A stretch of 64,000 bases of DNA from a virus (taxonomy: Duplodnaviria > Caudoviricetes). The position numbers and the translations under genes were made by a program. The notes under the pieces are model-generated. The model was given only the letters and a program-made list of their open reading frames with translations, searched no databases and was not told the origin of the DNA. The stretch lies in IMG/VR virus record IMGVR_UViG_2865859272_000007, positions 15,399 through 79,398 of that record; one strand, written 5' to 3'. Positions 58,813 to 64,000 of this stretch are shown in pieces. The number at the start of each line of letters is the position of its first letter. The first letter of the stretch is position 1.

Positions 58813-58890
58813 GCAGTCCCCTTGCCCGGACTCGAACCGGGGCTTCCGTGGTCGGTGCACCCTATGGGTGATGAGCTCGACCCCAGGGCG
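58813..58890 (-). ncRNA. Degenerate tRNA-like element (clear T-arm only)
   Basis: CCCGG-TTCGAGT-CCGGG followed by CAAGGGGACT; acceptor pairing only about 5 of 7. Confidence 0.35.
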
Positions 58891-58953
58891 GAGTCGGGTG
58901 CAACGGCCGTTTCGACGTTCTGCCTGACTGAACTACAAGGGGCAGCACACTGG

Positions 58954-59178
58954 TCAGACGGGGCGGACCTCTGACACCTCGCACCACACGCGTTCGAACT
59001 TGTCGTGGTCCTTGGTGTGGGCGGTATGGGTCATGCACGCCTCGTCACCGGCTTTGAGGTCGGCTGTTGCTGCCAGAAGCCACCGGCACTCAGGAGCCAG
59101 GCAGCGAGCGCTCATGGTTCGTTCGCTTTGCGGGTGTGTGCCGATGCCGTAGTCCACGAAACGGAAGACGCTCCTCAC
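58954..59178 (-). CDS. DUF7848-like small protein
   Basis: GTGA-coupled start MRSVFRFVDY; C..C and C..H...H motifs; family name from memory. Confidence 0.6.
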   Translation of the reverse strand: MRSVFRFVDYGIGTHPQSERTMSARCLAPECRWLLAATADLKAGDEACMTHTAHTKDHDKFERVWCEVSEVRPV

Positions 59179-59381
59179 GCTGCCGCTCCCCACCGACCGC
59201 CGTGCCGATGGTTGTCGAGCTCGTGGTTGCACATCGCCACGGCCCCGGCGTCGCCGGCGTCACGGGCGATTTCGCGACTGTTCCGGAGGGATTCGCAGAC
59301 GCCGCAACCGTCCACTCCAACGGGCTCCAAGTTTCGTTGTCTTGTCACGGACGCTCCGGCGGCGCCCTCGCTCGTCGTCAT
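59175..59381 (-). CDS. Small CxxC protein, probably leaderless
   Basis: GCGVC..L...R..A...GD...V..CN..L..H; TACGGT 7 nt upstream of the ATG. Confidence 0.7.
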   Translation of the reverse strand: MTTSEGAAGASVTRQRNLEPVGVDGCGVCESLRNSREIARDAGDAGAVAMCNHELDNHRHGGRWGAAA

Positions 59382-59405
59382 GACGAAGACCGTAGAAGAC
59401 CAACA

Positions 59406-59438
59406 GCCCCGACGTCATTGGTAGTTTGACGTCGGGGC
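59406..59438. promoter_or_regulatory. 12-bp inverted repeat (operator or terminator)
   Basis: GCCCCGACGTCA-N9-TGACGTCGGGGC between the XRE gene and the 59381 start. Confidence 0.65.
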
Positions 59439-59457
59439 CTGGTGGACTACTAGTTTC

Positions 59458-60660
59458 TCAGACGGGAACTCTCACCGCCTGGGCCAGTAGCCGCATCTCG
59501 GGTGTCAAGGTTCGACGGCGGTCCAGGAGTCGGGTGACGACGTCCCTGGCGTATCGCTGGTTCGGTAGCCACTGGGGGGCGGTCTGGTGGATCTCCATCA
59601 GCTTGCCCACGGCTTCGCCGTACTGCCGCATGGCGACATGAGCGTGCGCGACGTCGAGCTGATGCCGGTTCCTGTTGCTGCGCGAAGGCCGAACCCCGGT
59701 ATGAGAAACCACCTGCTTGGCCAGCTCCAGCACCTTGTCCGGCCGCTGCTGAATCGACGCGTTCTCCGCGCGCTTCATCAAAACAGTGGTCGGCCCATAC
59801 GTGCGCGTGATCTCGGACGCCGGCTTGCACTCGCGGCCGAGCAGCTCAGCCGCCACATGGGCGAAGCGCATGGCGTCCTCGGCCTCTCCGGGCCGGTTGT
59901 CGCGCACAGACGCGTTCGAGACACGCAGCAGCATCCATCCCCAAGCGCAGAGCTCGTCGGGCGTCGCGCGGGTAACACGCCGGGGTTCCATCTCGTCGGC
60001 CCAGTGGATCGCCAGATCGCGCGCCTGCCCCAGCTTCCCTTGACGCAGCAGTAGCCAGCACCGGTTGTTGATGCTGACCGAAATCTCCAGGCGGTCGATG
60101 GCGTCGTCCATAGCCCGGTCGATGGCGAGGTCTGCCACCTCGAACTGGCGTGTCTGGGTGAGCAGCCAGCCGGTGAGTTGCAGGACGCGGACGCGGACGG
60201 CCCGGCCTTCCGGCCCCAGGGCGTCCGCGTCCCTGACGATGCTCGGCATGATCCTGGACAGCGCGTCGAGGTCCAGTCTCTTGAAGAGGGGCTCGACGTC
60301 CTGGAGGGCGGCGGTCACTCCGTCCACGGTCGGCGGCTGCTCCAAGCCATCGGCCAACCTGGGCGGGTGCTCCAGGGCTTTGCGGACGGCATTCCACTGG
60401 TCCGCCGTGGGCTGGTGGGCGGTCTCGCGGTCTCCTTCGTCTCCGAGGAGCTTCGTGGTCGGGACACGGAGAACCCTGGCCAGGCTGTGGAGCGTCTCGG
60501 CCCGGGTCTCCCCGGCACGTTCCTGTTCAAGGAGCCGGATGGTGGCGATCGACACCGGCTTGCAGTCGTGTGTCTCCTTGGTCAGGCGTGCCAACTCTGC
60601 CTGTGTAAGCCCTCGCAGCTTGCGCATGTCGCGCAGCCGGCTACCAATCGTGGCGCTCAT
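59458..60660 (-). CDS. XRE-family HTH regulator with a large helical (TPR-like) C-terminal domain
   Basis: IGSRLRDMRKLRGLTQAELA, TIRLLEQ, LARVLRV; long Ala/Leu helical region; TACCCT 7 nt before the ATG suggests a leaderless mRNA. Confidence 0.88.
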   Translation of the reverse strand: MSATIGSRLRDMRKLRGLTQAELARLTKETHDCKPVSIATIRLLEQERAGETRAETLHSLARVLRVPTTKLLGDEGDRETAHQPTADQWNAVRKALEHPPRLADGLEQPPTVDGVTAALQDVEPLFKRLDLDALSRIMPSIVRDADALGPEGRAVRVRVLQLTGWLLTQTRQFEVADLAIDRAMDDAIDRLEISVSINNRCWLLLRQGKLGQARDLAIHWADEMEPRRVTRATPDELCAWGWMLLRVSNASVRDNRPGEAEDAMRFAHVAAELLGRECKPASEITRTYGPTTVLMKRAENASIQQRPDKVLELAKQVVSHTGVRPSRSNRNRHQLDVAHAHVAMRQYGEAVGKLMEIHQTAPQWLPNQRYARDVVTRLLDRRRTLTPEMRLLAQAVRVPV

Positions 60661-60771
60661 GCAAGCCAGGGTAGGCGGCGATGCGGTTGGCTCGGCACTG
60701 CCAGACCAGCCCTGATATTGTGCCGGGTGTCGCTCCGGTGACGGCCCGCAGTACACGGACCGGGGCGCAAA

Positions 60772-60810
60772 CGGAAGCCCCCTCTCACTTTCCCTGAGAG
60801 GGGGCTTCCG
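60772..60810. terminator. 16-bp perfect hairpin, probable terminator
   Basis: CGGAAGCCCCCTCTCA-CTTTCCC-TGAGAGGGGGCTTCCG. Confidence 0.8.
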
Positions 60811-60828
60811 CAGGCTCGTTTCCCTTGT

Positions 60829-61281
60829 TCACGGGGACTTAGTGCGGTCGAAGTCGGTGACGTTCAGCTTGACGTCCGCGGTGTCCAGGGTGGTGGGGAA
60901 GTCTCCCTTCGTGGTCTGGCCGGGGAGGACGTCGGTGACGAACTGGGTGGAGTTCGCCATGCGGGTTCCGTCCGGTGTCACGGCTTCCCAGTCCCATCGG
61001 TAGTTGGACTTCTCCGAGCTGTTGTTCGTGATCGTCCATGTGATCCAGATGTTCTTGATCCCGAAGTCGGACCGGTCGTCGATGGTGAAGCTGACAAGAT
61101 CCTTACGCTCCCGGGTCTCTTCCTCGGCTGCCGGGTCGGCTGGTGCTGTGGTTGCCGGCGGCGGCGTGGTCTCCTCGGCCGGCGGCGTGGTACTCCCTCC
61201 GCTGGTGGCGGTGCAGGCCGCCGTGGACAGGAGGGCGGCGATGGCGGTTCCGGTAGCGATGACGGTTCGTGGGTGCTTCAT
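60829..61281 (-). CDS. Lipoprotein (FxLYD-like beta domain)
   Basis: Signal peptide with lipobox TAAC; TITNNSSEKSNY, VLPGQT. Confidence 0.8.
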   Translation of the reverse strand: MKHPRTVIATGTAIAALLSTAACTATSGGSTTPPAEETTPPPATTAPADPAAEEETRERKDLVSFTIDDRSDFGIKNIWITWTITNNSSEKSNYRWDWEAVTPDGTRMANSTQFVTDVLPGQTTKGDFPTTLDTADVKLNVTDFDRTKSP

Positions 61282-61616
61282 GTGATCGCCTCCCTGTCGT
61301 TGGGGCTGCTGCCGAGGTTGATGGCGTCGGCCCCGGCTAGGTGTGCTGTGGACTTGTTCATTGCGCTGGCCTCTTCGAAGCCATCGCGGTAGCCGGCTTG
61401 GTATCCGATTGATTTTCCGATGGCCTGGCCGCGTCGGAAGGCGTCTTCGACGGGAACGGCGAAGGTGGCGAACATGAAGAGCACGTTCGACAGGACGGCC
61501 ATCCCCAAGACGATCCGCATGGCTACAGGTTGCTCCCGCAGCGGCCAAACGCTTACCCATAGGGCGACGGATATAGCGAGGTAGCTGACTCGGGAGCGCC
61601 ACATCCGAATGTTCAC
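61278..61616 (-). CDS. Two-TM membrane protein
   Basis: RBS AAGGAG with GTG start; two hydrophobic helices. Confidence 0.65.
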   Translation of the reverse strand: MNIRMWRSRVSYLAISVALWVSVWPLREQPVAMRIVLGMAVLSNVLFMFATFAVPVEDAFRRGQAIGKSIGYQAGYRDGFEEASAMNKSTAHLAGADAINLGSSPNDREAIT

Positions 61617-61671
61617 AGTGACACTCCTTGGACGTTGGTGCCTGGTTAGTGGTTCAAGCGTAACGCGCCTC

Positions 61672-62127
61672 CTACCAAGACCGGTTGCTATCTGTTTCGT
61701 TATCAGTTTCGTTGCTGCGGCCCATGATGCGCCGGAATAGACCGGGATGTGACAGCTCGACGGAGCCGACCAAGAACTCCAGGCTGTTCCAGGCGAGAGT
61801 CCGCATACGTTCGCGGTCTTCGACGGGGAGTTGGTCGATGTCTTGGACTGCCGAGGCGAAGCGCTCCACAAGTGGATCAATGGTCGGTGTTTCGGGGAGC
61901 TTGGCGTTCGCCTCCTCTTCGGTGAGAGCGCCGCATCGTATGGCGATCTCTAGTGGCTCAACGTCCAGGGCTTCAGCGAGGGCGTGCCAGAACTTGGGGT
62001 GTGCGGGCGACTTCCCGTTCCGCCAACGACTGATGTTGAAGTCTCCAATGCCAGAGGCTTCTGCGAGGTCTCGCGGCGTGTAACCCCGCGCCTTCATGCG
62101 CTTATCCAGCCACTCTGCGAAGTCCAT
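61672..62127 (-). CDS. Immunity repressor-like XRE HTH protein
   Basis: FAEWLDKRMKARGYTPRDLAEASGI...ISRWRNG..P; RBS AGAAAGG. Confidence 0.85.
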   Translation of the reverse strand: MDFAEWLDKRMKARGYTPRDLAEASGIGDFNISRWRNGKSPAHPKFWHALAEALDVEPLEIAIRCGALTEEEANAKLPETPTIDPLVERFASAVQDIDQLPVEDRERMRTLAWNSLEFLVGSVELSHPGLFRRIMGRSNETDNETDSNRSW

Positions 62128-62494
62128 GATCAACCTTTCTGGTTTGTAGCGGCTGTCCAGAGCTACCCCTGTGCGCTTGTCCAGGCTACGCCGGTTTTGC
62201 ACTGATAGCTCCCGTGTGGCAGGGGGTGCTTGCGTGCGCTGCGGGCTGCTGATCGGGCAGCTTGTCTGCCAGCAGGAAAGAATCTTGATGATTCGCTTGT
62301 GTTCATGCACACAGCGGCGTATACCTGAAGACAGGCAGGCAAAACCGACGAATCGGGCAAAGTGGCCCGGGGTTCGGGAGCCGGCCCCGGGAGCCCGAAA
62401 AGGGTCTCCCAGCAGTCTTCGAAAGCTTCGGGCGCCGCCACTGCACAGGCATGCGGTCATAGGTCTAGGCCACCTTGGCACGGTCTGCTTTACC

Positions 62495-62552
62495 GCCTCC
62501 GATAGGCGCACTCGGGCGCCAGACTTGGTCGGTTCGAATCCGGTCGGAGGCA
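62495..62552 (+). ncRNA. tRNA-like mini element lacking one arm
   Basis: GCCTCCG/CGGAGGC 7-bp stem plus A; GGCGC-ACTCGG-GCGCC hairpin; T-arm GTCGG-TTCGAAT-CCGGT with two G-U pairs. Confidence 0.6.
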
Positions 62553-62570
62553 CGTGGAGGTGAGACGCAC

Positions 62571-62978
62571 ATGGACGGCAATAGAGGCGCAGACGTCACG
62601 CTCGGCGGCAAGGTGTTCAAGGCCCTGGCGACGGCGGACTCTCTCACAAAGCAGGGCCGAATCCGCGAGGCTCGCATGATCATGTCCGAGGTGCGACGCA
62701 TGCAGCGCGCCGTGAAGTTCCCCCCTCGCACCGTGTCACACCTGAAGGGGCGGTGGCTGTACCGCCTCTGGGCGGCCGACGACACCCTTCTCTATGTCGG
62801 GATCACCGACCGCGGCAGAGAGCGTGAACGGGAACACGTCCGGACGAAGATCTGGTGGCCGGAGGTTCACCATATAACGGTGGAACCGATAGCCACCCGG
62901 GCTGAACTTCTGCATCTTGAGCGAGTGGCGATCAGCAGAGAACGCCCCCGCTACAACACCCAGCACAATCGGGACTGA
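62571..62978 (+). CDS. GIY-YIG nuclease family protein
   Basis: LYRLW..DD.LLYVGIT, R..EH...K.WW, E..AI..E.PRYN. Confidence 0.85.
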   Translation: MDGNRGADVTLGGKVFKALATADSLTKQGRIREARMIMSEVRRMQRAVKFPPRTVSHLKGRWLYRLWAADDTLLYVGITDRGREREREHVRTKIWWPEVHHITVEPIATRAELLHLERVAISRERPRYNTQHNRD

Positions 62979-62980
62979 GG

Positions 62981-64000
62981 TCATCGGATTGCCCGCACGG
63001 CCCCGGCTGCCGAGCGAGTCAGAAATCTCTGACCGCGTAGCCGAGTGTTGCGAGCTGCAACTTCGGCCTGAAGGCCGAGGTAGCGTTCCGTGGTTTCTTG
63101 GTTCTTGTGGCCGAGGAATACCATCGTTTCTCTCAGTGCGTGATCATGCGAGACCTCGTCGCGGAGGCGATCGAAGTAGATCCGTGCCACAGATCGGCGA
63201 ATCGCATGCCACGCCTCACCGGCTTCAAGGTGGATGCCGCAGGAAACCAGGAGGGCCTTGAGGCGTTCGGTCGCCCACATGTATGAACAGTGCTTCGTCG
63301 GGTCGGGTACGTAGTACACGTACCCGGTACCCGCGGCGTTCCTGCGCGACCAGCCTGGAAACAGGTAGATCCGTTCCGCCGTTGGGATGGCGCTGTCTTT
63401 TGTGTACCACGCCAGGTAGCGCCGAATCTCTTCTTCAAGGTCGAGGGTCAAGGGCAGGGCGTCGAAGCGGCCGGTCTTGAGGACCCACACGTATAGGTCA
63501 CCTGTTTGCAGGTCTATGTCACTAAGTTTGATCTTTCGTATGTCGGAAATCCGAAGGGCGGTCGATGCTGCAACAGCGATCATGCAGCGGAGTATTGGAT
63601 GCTCCGCCTTTTCGATCAAGAGCCCCAGTTCATCCTCCTGGAGGCGAGTAGGAGCTATCTCGTGCGGTGCGCCGCGCTCCCTAAAAGGTGACTTCGGGCA
63701 TCGCAGTTCCTGCCGGATCCATCCCTTGTGCTTGGCGTAGCGGAACAAGGCGTTGATCGCCGAGCGGTACGACGTGCCGGTCTTCGGGCCTCGGCCCACG
63801 AGGATCCCGCCATCCCCGTACAGGAAGTCGGCCAGATCGGATTCCCTGATCCCTGCAACCTGTCGTCCCTGGAATCGGCCGGCCAGGCGGTTGTTGACCA
63901 GGCGATACTGCTTGATCGTGCCGGCTGGCACGCCGTGCGCCTGCTGGGCCTGCGTGAACCTGACGACGGCTTCATGTAGGGACGGGTGATCGGTACCCAC
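62981..64000 (-). CDS. int: Tyrosine recombinase/integrase (5' end may extend beyond the window)
   Basis: Catalytic set: LRISDI (R), LKTG (K), HAIRR (HxxR), LGH...TERY (H, Y). Confidence 0.93.
   Translation of the reverse strand: MGTDHPSLHEAVVRFTQAQQAHGVPAGTIKQYRLVNNRLAGRFQGRQVAGIRESDLADFLYGDGGILVGRGPKTGTSYRSAINALFRYAKHKGWIRQELRCPKSPFRERGAPHEIAPTRLQEDELGLLIEKAEHPILRCMIAVAASTALRISDIRKIKLSDIDLQTGDLYVWVLKTGRFDALPLTLDLEEEIRRYLAWYTKDSAIPTAERIYLFPGWSRRNAAGTGYVYYVPDPTKHCSYMWATERLKALLVSCGIHLEAGEAWHAIRRSVARIYFDRLRDEVSHDHALRETMVFLGHKNQETTERYLGLQAEVAARNTRLRGQRFLTRSAAGAVRAIR

Larger units (their letters stand above)
1..64000. mobile_element. Temperate actinobacterial (Streptomyces-type) siphovirus genome or prophage; boundaries outside the window
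   Basis: Complete head, tail and lysis gene order, Prim-Pol replicase, XRE repressor and tyrosine integrase; high GC; no host housekeeping genes. Confidence 0.95.

Noticed and set aside
58813-58890. Functional tRNA gene or attP core
   Set aside because: No proper D arm or anticodon arm, weak acceptor pairing, and it is about 4 kb from the integrase with no second copy in the window
1-64000. CRISPR array
   Set aside because: No regularly spaced identical repeats with unique spacers; the ADLIDPE and lysin repeats are coding and irregularly spaced

Overview
The whole window is one high-GC actinobacterial (Streptomyces-type) temperate siphovirus or prophage; no host genes or att sites are visible. 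Layout: (1) 68-17108, a rightward early/replication region of mostly small overlapping ORFs, including three DUF6197-like paralogs, five proteins ending in ADLIDPE(V/A), an HNH nuclease, a dCMP deaminase, and a Prim-Pol/AAA helicase followed by an iteron-like origin. (2) 17454-17760, a packaging-type HNH nuclease. (3) 17762-22052, a leftward operon of small, often acidic genes ending in a stand-alone FtsK-like ATPase. (4) About 22080-23580, a non-coding block with a tRNA-like element, a nearly G-free tract and a candidate cos region. (5) 23951-46866, tRNA-Met(CAT), terminase, portal, HK97-type protease and capsid, extra head proteins, tail genes, chaperone frameshift pair, tape measure and a large tail protein. 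(6) 47279-51145, seven tandem paralogous short tail-fibre/RBP-like genes. (7) 51159-57997, a very large lysis module with six wall- or glycan-targeting genes (SLT, NlpC/P60-like, M15-like, M23, GH75 chitosanase-like, GH16, CAP, six LysM domains) plus a holin. (8) 58105-62127, a leftward regulatory block (XRE-TPR regulator module, lipoprotein, repressor). (9) A GIY-YIG gene and a convergent tyrosine integrase. Strongest leads: the seven-gene RBP array; the glycanase-loaded lysis arsenal; three arm-less tRNA-like elements at the heads of transcription units; a repeated intergenic RNA structure with compensatory base changes; and an ACAACTGAATA motif before five start codons. All family names come from motif recognition by eye and need HMM confirmation.
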